A stretch of DNA of 64,000 nucleotides, taken from Eledone cirrhosa. Its lineage: Eukaryota. The stretch is taken from NCBI GenBank assembly GCA_964016885.1, contig OZ024743.1, forward strand, positions 329,778,001 through 329,842,000, in the 5' to 3' direction. Made by a program: the position numbers and the translations under genes. Position 1 is the first letter of the stretch. The number at the start of each line of letters is the position of its first letter. The notes under the pieces were generated by a model, which did not search any database, was not told the DNA's origin, and saw nothing but the letters and a program-made list of their open reading frames with translations. Below, one piece after another: positions 30,100-43,549 of the stretch.

Positions 30100-30480
30100 A
30101 CTATTCAGTTTGGTTATTATGAATAGAATAGACATTGCCTTGCAAAGCATCGTGAGGGAGGAACATGCAGACGTCCAGTGCAAGTTTAGAGTGGCTAGTT
30201 TCATTTACTCTGGCATATTATACAGCAATACATTATATGCAGACATCCTCTGATAATAGCTTTTGTAGATTTTGAAAAGCTCTTTGATAACTTACATATA
30301 TTTACAACTCGAGAGCTAGTGTGTTGCTATGGTTTGCTATATCAATCTAATAAGTGCAATACACTGAAGAAGTAAATGTTGGAGACAGCCAGTTCTCATA
30401 TGAAGTTGAAGGTGGGTGTAGAGTCTTGTATCGTGTCTCTTGTTTGCTGCTCTTATAAACTACACCAAGAAGGCAAAAGG
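30100..30480 (+). mobile_element. Highly degraded LINE RT fragment
   Basis: LLLNRID...VREEHA and IIAFVDFEK.FD remnants. Confidence 0.45.
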
Positions 30481-30624
30481 CGGAGACAGAAGAGTAAGAA
30501 TTGAATGTTTTTACAGAAAATATTTTGCAGATTTGTGTTATACTGAGTTTTATTTTGCTTGATAATGAAACATAGAAAAAATATAACGATAAGAAGTAAT
30601 ATTGAAGGGGCATATATTAGATAT

Positions 30625-30940
30625 GCCGCATGGTTACGAGTTTCACTTCGTAATCATTAGGTTCCGGGTTCAATCCCACTACGTGGCACACAGGGTAGAT
30701 GTCATTTGTCGTAGCCTCGGTTCCACGCATGCTTGTAGATAGACAGAAACTGTTTGTGAGCTCATTTAATGGACTGTACCTGTAATTCAAACGGCTAACC
30801 TTATCTTACACTGTGTCACGCTGAATCTAGCTGAAAATTGTGTTACGGGTTCATGTGTCCGTGGAATCCTCAACCACGTAAATATTGATAGACCAACTGG
30901 AACACTCAGCATCGAAATCGATGAAGGTCCTTCAACTAAA
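30625..30940 (+). mobile_element. tRNA-derived SINE
   Basis: B box ggttcaatccc. Body motif ccttatcttacactgtgtcacgctgaatc resembles the one at about 38005. Confidence 0.55.
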
Positions 30941-31197
30941 GTGTCAAATATGAGTATCTTATAGAAAATGACGAGTGTTTGGAAAGTAAACTCAATTGAA
31001 TACTTAAAGAGACAAAACATGTAATTGAAATGTTTAGAAATGTTAGGATAGCTGGCCACATACTCGGAAGGTTAACTGGAAACATCACCAGAAGTGTTAT
31101 AATTTAAGACCCTGTAATGATTTAGTATATTTCAATAGAAGTTTGTTAATTCAAATGTTTATTGCATTTTTATTTGTAGACAGGTGGGAAAATTTGC

Positions 31198-31520
31198 AGT
31201 CATGTTGAATTTAGACCTTGTGTGGCCCGGTGCATTTCAGGTTTAGGGGGCCCCTCACACACAAACAATTAGAATACACAGCAAACCCCCGATTTTACAT
31301 ATCAAAGTTAGCTTGGTGAAAATAATAGTAAAAAGAAAAGTTACACAGTAAATAGAAAAGTTACACATACAGGTATTAAATTAAAGAATTCTAACCATCC
31401 TAAAACCAAAAATCCCAGCTGAGGACACAAATAAATTGCTACGACCGTCGCTGGTGGGGACCCCCTCTGCACGGGCCCAGAGCAAGTGCGTCCTTGGCCC
31501 CGCATTAAATCCAGTCCTGA
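31198..31520. mobile_element. Possible non-autonomous DNA transposon with GC-rich subterminal ggcccc motifs
   Basis: Ends taaatccagtcctg with GC-rich gggcccc motifs at both ends around an AT-rich core. The left TIR is decayed. Confidence 0.35.
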
Positions 31521-31617
31521 TCACGGTGTTGGTTTGTACTTTGAAGGAATGTCTTGATAATGCGATTTCACGTTTTTTTTTAAATTCAAATCTTTATTGT
31601 ATTTTTACTAGTGGACA

Positions 31618-32107
31618 TATCGTTGTGGAAATATACAACATTACAGTAAGGACTTTACTTGTTAACGTGATGCAATCATATCGTTGTGGAAATATACAAC
31701 ATTACAGTAAGGACTTTACTTGTTAACGTGATGCAATCATATTGCTGTGGAAATATACAACATTACACTAAAGACTTTACTTGTTAACGTGATGCAATCA
31801 TATCGTTGTGGAAATATACAACATTACAGTAAGGACTTTACTTGTTAACGTGATGCAATCATATCGTTGTGGAAATATACAACATTACAGTAAGGACTTT
31901 ACTTGTTAACGTGATGCAATCATATCGTTGTGGAAATATACAACATTACAGTAAAGACTTTACTTGTTAACGTGATGCAATCATATTGCTGTGGAAATAT
32001 ACAACATTACAGTAAGGACTTTACTTGTTAACGTGATGAAATCATATTGCTGTGGAAATATACAACATTACAGTAAAGACTTTACTTGTTAACGTGATGC
32101 AATCATA
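31618..32107. repeat. 61-bp tandem satellite, 8 copies
   Basis: Unit atatcgttgtggaaatatacaacattacagtaaggactttacttgttaacgtgatgcaatc, nearly identical copies with no spacers. Confidence 0.95.
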
Positions 32108-34151
32108 GTGCTGTTTTATATGTCTGCCTAATGCAGTTTCATGGATTTCGTGTCGTTATTGGACATATCTTCTATGCAGGGTCAAATACTACACAGTCTC
32201 TCTACTACACTATATAGTATTTGTTTTTGTTTCTATTAAATCGACCGACAAGATCCAAAATCTCATTTGTGTGCCAAGTGGGATAGAACCCAGCAAATCG
32301 AACCAAAGAAGCGATGTTTCCATTGGTCCATCCATTGCTGATACTATCTACTGGTTGCAACTCCTGGTAAAAAGAGGTATGTGAGATAAAGTAGTAACTC
32401 CTGGCAGAAGGAGCAGCGAGCAATAATGCATTGCCCGGTCCGATTGTGAATCCAATTCTTTAATCACTAAACCACGCACTTTCACACATACACACACACA
32501 CACGCACGCACACGCATACACGCACACACACGCGCACACACACACATACATACACACATACACACACACACACATACACACACACACATATATATATACG
32601 AACACATTAACTCTCATTTTTCCAGAAGCATAGTATTATCTTATATAAAATACAATAAAATATTGATACATCTAATATCGATACATTTGATTTTGAAGAG
32701 TGTATGGGATCCAAAATCAATTATGATAAATCGTAGTTCTTGACTGGTACTTACCTTATCGATTCCGGAAACTAGAAAGGAATAGTTAACTGAATTAGTA
32801 TATATTACCTAACTAATGCTATTAATAACCCTCCATGATATTAATTAGTCGTGTTATAATTAAACAATCTATAGTGTTAGGTAATTATTACACAAAAACT
32901 TACAACAGAGAGAAGCTGCACCCTTGTAGCAGAATATTAATAGACACACGGCCAAAATAGGTTTTGATTGCTCAATAAAATCTGACGTCAACAAAGAAAG
33001 AAGCAATAGTGATTGTCAATAGAATAACTTCATGCAGGAAATAGAACCAAAACGTTAATGGATTTGGGAAATTTATTATTTCAAGTAAAACGTGGAGTAC
33101 TAATGAGGAAATATAGAAAATGTATTTCCTTTTTCCTTTTCGTTTTCTTTCTGGAAGGGTCGTGCGGCGGAGTCCTCAAACACGCTTTCATTGGATCTTG
33201 TCTTCAATTGATCCGCCTGGATCACCAAGCGAGCCAAGACGAACTTATAGATATTATGCAAACATTTTTCTCGGAGTCTACTCCTCTGTCTTTTGCTGAT
33301 TCTATTTGCCCGTAAAGTTTATTCTGTGACTCTTTCCTTAGACATTCTGAAGCCATCCCCTTAGTATTGGGGTTGGGATCTTTTTATCCGGAGAATTGAT
33401 GAAGTAGTTAATTCAGTGATGACACTGTTTGATGGTTTCACGAGCAACTGGAACAGAGCTACTCTTATAACAGCTACTTCTTTAAGCAAACCAATAAAGT
33501 ACACTTTATAGCTAATGTATTGAGTATTTTAATTGTGATTCCCTTGTCTTTTATATTCTAATGTATGCGTGTGCCACGCGCGCACGCGTGTGTGTACATA
33601 CTGCACATGTGCAGTTGTATGCACACACACACAAGGATTAGCTGTGTCATTAGTAGTGTTAAATTGCAGGAAGATTGGAGAAAATGAGAGAGAAAATACA
33701 AAACAGTAATTGGTGCTAAATATGATTCCATCACTATTTTTAACATCATATAATTCGATAAAACGGTTTTACAAAATATTTCTCGTCTCCATTTATATTC
33801 TCATCTAGTAGGTTTAGGAGTCGCTGTAACGGCGTGGAGTTTAAGGCAATGTTAGTTAAGCAGGTCCTTTAGATCAAGGCTGACATAGAGCTAAATAACA
33901 TCATCATCAGCAACAGTATCAATAGCAATACATCAGACTATAGGGATAGCAGGTCTTGTGGCTGAAGGCTGAGATTGGCCTAAATTACATTATCAAACCA
34001 TCAATGGCATTACATCAAACAATAGTAATATATCTATCAACATCAAGTGTTGCACACATAAGACAGATGGTGTTATTTCTGACACACTTTACCGTTAACT
34101 ATGCATTCACAAAAGGAAGACATTTTATTTTGTTATATTACATTAGGCAAA

Positions 34152-34460
34152 AAGCGTGTGGTTAGTGGTTAGAGAGTTGGGTTAATAATCGTGAGGTTGT
34201 GAGTTAGATTCAAAGACTGGGTAAAGCATATTCCTCTTGAGCAAGACACGTTATTCCACATTGCGAAGTTACTGGGGCCAAGCTGTATCGGCGTTTGCCT
34301 TTCCCTTTGACAACATGTGTGGTGTGGTGTGGGGAGACAGATGTACACAGATGATTGCTGGTCTTCCACAAAAACACCTTGCCTGTGCTTGTTCTTTGGA
34401 GAGGAACTTTCTAGATGCAAGTCCCAGGGCCATTCGTGACTGAATGAGGTCTTTACCCGA
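34152..34460 (+). mobile_element. tRNA-derived SINE, second family
   Basis: gcgtgtggttagtggttagag A box. The body is shared with 55850-56162 (gccaagctgta...ttccacaaaaacaccttg...cattcgtgact). Confidence 0.7.
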
Positions 34461-34470
34461 TTTTTACGTG

Positions 34471-35045
34471 GAACATACTCCTAGAACATACTTCTAGCCC
34501 ATACTTCTAGAAAATACTTCTAGCACATACTTCTAGCACATACTTCTAGAACATACTCCTCGAACATACTTCTAAAACATACTTCTAGAACATACTCCTA
34601 GAACATACTTCTGGAACATACTTCTAGAACATACTTCTAGAACATACTTCTAGAACATACTTCTAGAACATACTTCTAGAATATACTTCTAGCACATACT
34701 TCTAGAACATACTTCTAGCATATACTTCTAGCACATACTTCTAGCACATACTTCTAGAACATACTTTTCGAATATACTTCTAGAACATACTTCTGGAACA
34801 TACTTCTAGAACATACTTCTAGCACATACTTCTAGAACATACTTATAGCACATACTTCTAGAACATACTTCTAGAACATACTTCTAGCCCATACTTCTAG
34901 AAAATACTTATAGCACATACTTCTAAAACACTTCTAGAACATACTCCTAGAACATACTCCTAGAACATACTTCTAGAACATACTTCTAGCACATACTTAT
35001 AGCAAATACTTCTAGAAAATATTTCGAGAAAATATTTCTCGAAAT
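34471..35045. repeat. 13-bp minisatellite (aacatacttctag)n, about 43 copies
   Basis: Direct reading of the tandem unit. Confidence 0.95.
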
Positions 35046-35129
35046 ACTCCCTTTTTGTAGGCGAAAATACTTCGACCCTGAAAAACGAAATTTCTGAAAC
35101 ACGTTTCACCATTACGTAAAGCACAGCTC

Positions 35130-36195
35130 CACCATTCTTCTGGACAGCACACCGCCAACAACCAACACCCCCATTCTACTGGAACACAGATCACCACCTC
35201 CACCACAATCACCCCCCCTCCCCAGCCATCATCACCATCTCCACCATCACCATGACCATCTCCACCACCACCACCCACACCACCACCACCATCACCACCA
35301 CCATTCTAGTGGAACACAGATCACCATCAACACCACCACCATCATCATTATGTACATCCCTCTAGTAGAACACACGCTACAATCAACACAACCACCACCA
35401 CCATCATCATCATCACACACATCCGTCGCTTGGAAAACACACAACCACCATCATTACGTCCACCATTCCAGTTGAACACATGCCACCACCACCACCACCA
35501 CCGCCACCACCACCACCACCACCACCACCATCACCACCATCACCATCATCACCATCATCACCATTATCATCATCACCATCAGAACCACCACCACCACCAC
35601 CATCACCACCACCACCACCACCATCATCACCACCATCACCATTATCATCATCACCATCAGAACCACCACCACCACCACCACTACCACCATCACCACCATC
35701 ACCATTATCATCATGACCATCAGAACCACCACCACCACCACCACTACCACCATCACCACCATCACCATCATCACCATCATCACCATTATCATCATCACCA
35801 TCAGAACCACCACCACCACCACCACCACCGCCGCCACCGCCACCACCACCACCACCACCACCACCACCATCATCCCCACCATCACCATTATCATCACCAC
35901 CACCACCACCACCACCGCCGCCACCAACACCACCACCGCCACCACCACCACCACCACCACCACCAACACCACCACCGCCACCAACACCACCACCGCCGCC
36001 ACCGCCACCACCACCACCACCACCACCACCATCATCCCCACCATCACCATTATCATCACCACCACTACCACCACCACCGCCGCCACCAACACCACCACCG
36101 CCACCACCACCACCACCACCACCACCACCACCACCACCGCCGCCACCAACACCACCACCGCCACCACCACCACCACCACCACCACCACCACCCAT
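35130..36195. repeat. Complex (CAC/CAT)n trinucleotide repeat with higher-order units
   Basis: CCA/CAT triplets with recurring catcagaaccacc and ccattatcatcat blocks. Confidence 0.9.
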
Positions 36196-36505
36196 CCTAC
36201 GCCATGTCGTCTGCCCATGGACATTATAGTAATTCACTAGTAAAGACCAAATATAAATATATAAAAACATAGTGTGGAAAAAACATTAACACTTTTTACT
36301 GAATTGATTCTACCACTAACAGCAGCAGGCTTGCACTTGTATTGGCTAATATTACTACACATACATTACACACACATAGACACACACATATATATACACA
36401 CACATATGTAGACATATATATATATACATATACACACACACATATATATGCATATATATATATACACATATATTCATATATATACACATATATATACACA
36501 CACAT

Positions 36506-36574
<69 letters not shown>

Positions 36575-36880
36575 TACACTGTAAACTGGCGCATGCATTG
36601 GATATCACGCGCGCATACAGACACACACTTACACAGACACTTACATACACACGCACAGTTGTACACCCACATACATACACAACAGATTGGCAAATTCATT
36701 GGATTATATAACTACACACACACACACCCACACAGGTCTACTGAGCAATATAACTACAGAAACACATACATACAAACACCACATACACACGTGCACACAA
36801 ATACACACATATACACACAAGTCAGGCAAAAATACTGGGCAATATAACTAAACACATGCACGAACGCATATATACACACA

Positions 36881-36924
<44 letters not shown>

Positions 36925-39001
36925 TACACACACACAGAAGACTGCGTGGTTATATTGCCCAGTGAATTAGCTACACACACATGCACATGCAAACATACAC
37001 ACACAGCAGGCTGGCAAATTCACTGGACTATATAACTACATGCACACACCAACGCATAGATAGGCACACACGCACACACACAAACAAGCACATATACACA
37101 CACATGCACACGCAGACATTCACACGCAGCAGATTGGCTAATTCACTGGACTATATAACTACACACACACATACGCACAGATGCACACACGAAAGCATAC
37201 ACACACATACACACCCACACACTCACACACCCACACATGACCGCACACACACACACACGTTCGCACAGATACACGCACCGACACACACTCAGACATACAC
37301 ACACAGCATACTGATTAATTCACTGGACTATATAACTACACACACGAACACACAGCTACACACACGGACACACAGCGATACACACACACAGGCACTCACA
37401 TACCCACAGATACACACAACTTCACTACATTCTATTGTAATAATATTTTGATGCTAGTCATGTGACCGTGACCTGTCGATAAAACTGAGAATATTTCCAC
37501 TTCACAATAACAATAAATACAGCAATTCATTAAAAGACACAACAAAATATATAGAATAACAGTAGAGTGTTAACATAGGAAACAGAACAAAATAGTGTTT
37601 TTAATCAAATATATTTCTATAAATAGGTTAGGGCAGGGAGAGCGTGTTTGATATTCAACCCACACGTCCGACCCCACCACACCCTATCCCGGAACCACAT
37701 CTCATTCTCTTATATAATTAGAAGAAATATTTAACCCAATATTTTACCCAAATGTTAATGACTGGAGAGAAAAGGACAATTTTCTCTACATATGGTGCAC
37801 AGTATTATAATGTGTTTTGTTCTAATAATTAATACAGCCCGTGAAAGGGTGTAGCTTAGTGGTTAAGGCATTCGTCTCTCAATGGTAAAACCGTAAGTTC
37901 GGTGATCAGCATTGCGTTGTGTCCTTGAGCAAGACACTTTACTTCATGCTACACCAGTTCACTGAACTTGCGAAATGAGTTGTACGTACAATTCAAAGGT
38001 CAGCCTTGTCACACACTGTAAAACGGAACAATTAACCGAAATCTTCGCTGGGCTATATTTTCGAAAATGCCCCGGTCAACAACCCAAATTAAAATAGCCT
38101 TGATGTCTTCACCAAAAACAGCCATGGCGACGACTAGGGGTATATAAAACCAAGGACTTCTCGCTCACCCCTCTCTCCTGTTGTCCGAAACTGTCTGGCG
38201 CTGTTGCGGTCAACAAGACCGACTGCTAGAACCTGGTATGTCAATGGAGGTAAGTAATTTTACATCCTCAAATCTATCCATTTAATCTTATAAAGGACAT
38301 TTTATTTTGTTATCTGTTATACATAAACATATTATGTCCACAATATTATAGTAATGCACTGGGTAATTGCTGACCTTGTGCCTAACGTAGAAATAAATAT
38401 TATACAGACAGGAGTTATACAATGATGGAAATATGAAATAAAGATAAAAACAAAATTAAATAATGAAAAACAGGGTAGAGGTAAAGAAGGGCAGATCTGG
38501 CTGTATAGGAAAATAGAGAAAAGGACTATAAATGCCATAAAAGAGAGGGAAAGGAGGCAAAGAGCAAGCACTACTAGGCCATGAAAAAACAGGGGGAAGA
38601 GGAGAGGGTTACAGGCTGTATGTCTAGGGCGGGGCGCTGTTTCGGCTGCGGACAATGGTTAGCAACACTCACTGCAGAAGCTACCCCACTTCACGGAGCT
38701 CCTTCCTCAGACGGACTGCTGACCAACCGTACTGGGTTCGAGGTCGCCTGAGGTCACGCTATCTCACAATTCCATCACAACAAAATTCTGTTACTTGGTC
38801 ATGTCATGTTATTGTTTGCCACATGAAATCGTTGTATTTCATGACAGAAAATAAAACATTTAAATTAGCGATCTTGCTCACTTGTAACTTGTACCAATGT
38901 GGTGGCAAAATCAGTCACACCACCTCAATCCCACCAGAAAACTTCACATTACTAAACAACAGAACGCTGCTGCCTATGGGAAAGTCAACAAATAATAATA
39001 A

Positions 39002-39741
39002 TAATTGTTTCTACTTTTGGCACAAGGCCAGCAATTATCCCAGTACATTACTGGTACTTTATTTTATCGACGCCATAAGGATGAAAGGCAAAGTTAACCT
39101 CGGCGGGGTTTGAACTCGAATGGCAAGGGCCGTAACTCTATGCGTCAAAGCATGGTGTCCGACCCTCTACCGATACAGCGGGTTTCTGATTTAGGCACAA
39201 GGCCAACGATTTGTGGGGAGGCGAAGTCGATTAAATCGACCCCAATACATGACTGGTACTTTATTTTATCACCTCTAAGAGGATGAAAGGCAAATCTAAC
39301 TTCGGCGGGATTTGATCTCAGAACGCAAAGGACCGTAACTCTATGACCCAAAGCATGGTGTCTGATGCTCTACCGATACTGCCAATCCATCGCCCTTAAC
39401 ATAACAATAATAATAGTTTCTGATTTAGGCACAAGACCAGCAATTTTGGGGGAGGTGAAAGTCGATTGAATCGACCCCAGTACCTACTGGTGCTTTATTT
39501 TATCGACCCCGTAAGGATGAAATGCAACGCTAACCTCCGCGGGATTTGAACTCAAAAGGGCTGCAACTCTATACCACAAAGCATATTGACCGACGCTCCA
39601 TCGATACTGCCGATCCACTGCCCCTAATAAGGGTTTTTGATATAGGCACAAGGCCAGTAATTTGTGGAAAGACGAAAGTCGATTAAATCGACCCCAGTGT
39701 ACTTTATTTTATCGACCCCGTAAGGATGAAAGGCAAAGCTA
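39002..39741 (-). mobile_element. Head-to-tail cluster of four SINE copies, dominant family
   Basis: The tttattttatc...aggatgaaa core is seen four times (about 39060, 39260, 39495, 39705). Confidence 0.85.
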
Positions 39742-39882
39742 AGAGAACAACAATACAATATTTAATGCTATATCAATTTAATAGTTGACAGGGTTGGAAA
39801 AGGGTGAGAGGTAAAAGACAGACGAGAGTAACACAGAAAAATGTGGAAAAAAGAAGTGAAAGCTGATATTGTTTTTAGCCAA

Positions 39883-39993
<111 letters not shown>

Positions 39994-40191
39994 AATATAT
40001 ATATAATAAAAGTATGTGTTCCTACATGTAAATAATACACATAGGGATACAAGTATAGCCCGACCGTATGCCAGTGTGGTTCAATGGCAAGTTAATAAAT
40101 TAACAAGCCAGAACATATAAAGTTAAGTGAAATCAAATAAAGAAAAAATTTTAAAATAAATTTCAAAAAATTTACTGTACTTACTATATGT

Positions 40192-40262
40192 GCCTTTACC
40201 GCGGTTTCAGATCCCAAAACATATAGATAATCCAAGCGAGAAAGTGATCCTCGTCAGAAGGC
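40192..40262 (-). ncRNA. Type I hammerhead ribozyme, left arm of an inverted pair
   Basis: Minus strand: gcctt-CTGACGA-ggatc...gatct-GAAA-ccgcgg-TA-aaggc. Confidence 0.88.
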
Positions 40263-40430
40263 TTTTCTCTCTCGGAGAATATAAAATTCTCGAGTTCAAA
40301 ATACAAACTGGCGCCATACAAAACTGCCCCAGCTAATGAATGATGAAACAATTTTGTCTAGTGCCGTGTGCAAAGACTGAAAGCAAGGTGGACAGGTCAA
40401 CGGGAATTTTATATTCTCCAAAAGAGAAAA

Positions 40431-40511
40431 GCCTTCTGACGAGGATCTCTTTCTCAATAGAATCCGCTTGGATTATCTATTTGCTTTGGGATCTGAAACC
40501 GCGGTAAAGGC
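40431..40511 (+). ncRNA. Type I hammerhead ribozyme, right arm of an inverted pair
   Basis: gcctt-CTGACGA-ggatctc...gggatct-GAAA-ccgcgg-TA-aaggc. Confidence 0.88.
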
Positions 40512-40579
40512 ACATATAGTAAGTAGAGTGAATTTTTTTAAATTTATTTTAAATTATCTTCTTTATTTGCTTTCCCTTG

Positions 40580-40720
<141 letters not shown>

Positions 40721-40884
40721 TATTATGATTGGTGTTCTGAAATAACGATGTATACATGATTGTATGTATGGTATATTTGACAATATAGCGTATGTTTAAT
40801 TAACACATTTAGAAGACCATACGCTTTCAGTTTTATAGTAGTGACTATGTCACGTACTTCTTTTCGGCGAAAGAAGGGAGAAAC

Positions 40885-40924
40885 GCTGACAGTCTGTTTC
40901 ACGATAGTTGGCGTTTATAAGAGC
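40885..40924 (-). ncRNA. Degenerate hammerhead, same family as 18140
   Basis: Minus strand: gct-CTTATAA-acg...cgt-GAAA-cagactg-TC-agc. The core is mutated. Confidence 0.5.
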
Positions 40925-40958
40925 CACGTACTCCCCTGTTTTCGCCGAAAATGATCGA

Positions 40959-41036
<78 letters not shown>

Positions 41037-41763
41037 ATATATTATGCGTATGTGTATGTGTCTTTATATCCGTGTTTTTGACATCTCGGTTTTATGTTTT
41101 GTTCCTTTTTTTATCCCCCCCCCTTTCCTTTCTTTTACTTACTCAGTTTTATGCGTGTGCATGCAAACAGGTCAATATGCGTGAGTATGTGTGTGTGTGT
41201 GTGTGTATGTACGTATCAAACGTATGGATGTGTAAGTGCGCGTGTGTATATAAGCATATATATTTTTGCGTTTCTTTTGTGAGACATGCGTGTCTGTGTA
41301 TGTATGTACCCTTTTTTTGTCTTCTTTTCTTTAATTTTTTCTTTCTAAAATTTTTTTCTTTCTAATTTATTGTTACATTTTTATAAATATATCGAGATTG
41401 ATACTTTCCTTTAATTATTACACTCCCTTACCTCTTTTACTTCCGCATCTAAGTGTACGAGTGTGCAGGCGTTTTATGCGCGCGCCTTCATATTCAAATA
41501 TTTATGATGTAACTATTCTGTCTGTAGATTACAGACATTCAGATACATTTGCCCTATATTTTAGAATTACGCACACTTTTTCACTATACGTATACATGTG
41601 TGCATATACATATATGCACATCTGTGAGCGTATATACATATATATACACACACCTAACTATATTTCTTGATAGATTTTTATATATCTCAATTTCTAATTC
41701 ATTTGTCTATATCTTTTTTTGATTTTCTTGATGAGTTTTTCTAAGTATTTACCCATGTTTTAT

Positions 41764-41841
41764 ATTGCCTCGTCTGACGAACGGATGAAGACGTTTATTT
41801 CGTATTCGCCTCATTCGGGAAACCTCTGGTAATGAGGTAAT
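41764..41841 (+). ncRNA. Type I hammerhead ribozyme
   Basis: attgcctcgt-CTGACGA-a cggatga...tcattcg g-GAAA-cc tct gg-TA-atgaggtaat. 10-bp stem I including two G-U pairs. Confidence 0.85.
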
Positions 41842-41944
41842 TATATTGTATTGATTTTTATACATTAAATTTTTGCTCTGATACTTACATAGAGCACTCT
41901 TCACTTCTATGACCTTTTCTGTTTCCAACGGAAATTTCAATACA

Positions 41945-42034
<90 letters not shown>

Positions 42035-42120
42035 GTAATAATAATAAATTTGAAGACTAAAATCCAAAGAGGGCTCGATAAGGATAAATATATATCAAAT
42101 ATATAAGAACCGTAGAGCAA

Positions 42121-42197
42121 ATATTTATTAAAATAACAGATTAAAGTTTAAGCAAAGATTCTTTGCTTAAACTTTAACCTGTTATTTTAATAAATAT
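42121..42197. repeat. Near-perfect 77-bp palindrome
   Basis: atatttattaaaataacagattaaagtttaagcaaaga / tctttgcttaaactttaacctgttattttaataaatat. Confidence 0.9.
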
Positions 42198-42289
42198 ATA
42201 TATATACATATATATATATACATATATATATATACATATATATATATACATATATATATATATACATGTATATATACATATACATATAT

Positions 42290-42387
<98 letters not shown>

Positions 42388-43147
42388 GAGGTAAATATCT
42401 CACTGAGTACTAAGTACCCATAGAGATATATAGGGTGTCTATAATATAATTGTTGTTCTATGGTACTATTTCGAGATACCAGAACTATAAAAATTGATGA
42501 GCAGAACAAACAAACATTAAATCATCCTTTAAATATATAAAAAAATGATTTAAATATCTCCCTGTTCATAATGCTATTACCGGCGGTTTCCGTTTACAAA
42601 AGATTAGAAATTCGGAGAATTTCCAACGGAAAGTAAACTTCATCAGATAGCTATTTCCTTTCTATAGGACAGATGTCCTACGGTCTGCAAATATAATGCC
42701 AACTACCAGCTCGTATGAGTTATGGCCGTTAAAGTGACCCACACGTGAACCGGCCGCTAGTGAAAGCGGGAATATTACAGACTTGTTGATGGCTTGGCTG
42801 CTAAAAAAATAGCAGTAAGCAACAACGAATTTTTTCTCTACATAGATTGGAGAATATATAAATATGATGTAAATATCTCACTGAGTACTAAGTACCCATA
42901 GAGATATATAGGGTGTCTATAATATAATTGTTGTTCTATGGTACTAATTCGAGATACCAGAACTATAAAAATTGATGAGCACAACAAACAAACATTAAAT
43001 AATCCTTTAAATAAATTAAAAAATGATTTTCTAATCTTTTGTAAACGGAAACCGCCGGTAATAGCATTATGAACAGGTAGATATTTAAATCATTTTTTAA
43101 TTTATTTAAAGGATTATTTAATGTTTGTTTGTTCTGCTCATCAATTT
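42388..43147 (-). mobile_element. Non-coding hammerhead element: 478-nt monomer + partial direct repeat + inverted segment, within (TA)n
   Basis: gtaaatatctcactgagtac occurs at 42391 and 42869. About 43027-43147 is the reverse complement of about 42490-42610. Confidence 0.78.
42573..42651 (-). ncRNA. Type I hammerhead ribozyme
   Basis: Minus strand: gctat-CTGATGA-a gtttac...gtaaac g-GAAA-ccg c cgg-TA-atagc. Confidence 0.88.
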
Positions 43148-43244
43148 ATATATATATATATATGTGTGTATTAGAAAGTGAGGTTTTTTTACAAAATGAA
43201 ACAAAACAAGATGTCCTACACGAGTGAAAGTATAAGGAAAAAAT

Positions 43245-43445
43245 ATGAACTCGAAAATGCAACTGGAGTCTTTTTAAAAATATTTATTTGGTTCCTTTAC
43301 CAGTTTAGCGATGGAGGGTTTGTGCCAGAAAAACCATAAACTCTCCATCCCAATTCTACTTTTGAAAAGCACAAGTACTGCTAAACCTGTAAAGGAACCA
43401 AATAAATATTTTAAAAAAGACTCCAGTTGCATTTTCGATTTCATC
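43245..43445. repeat. Inverted repeat (about 65-bp arms) with an internal hairpin, between (TA)n tracts
   Basis: tcgaaaatgcaactggagtc...tttagc pairs with gctaaa...gactccagttgcattttcga. Confidence 0.8.
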
Positions 43446-43456
43446 TTTTTTCCTTA

Positions 43457-43526
<70 letters not shown>

Positions 43527-43549
<23 letters not shown>

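Noticed and set aside
31618-32107. CRISPR-like appearance
   Set aside because: The units are contiguous with no unique spacers, there are no cas genes, and the context is eukaryotic.
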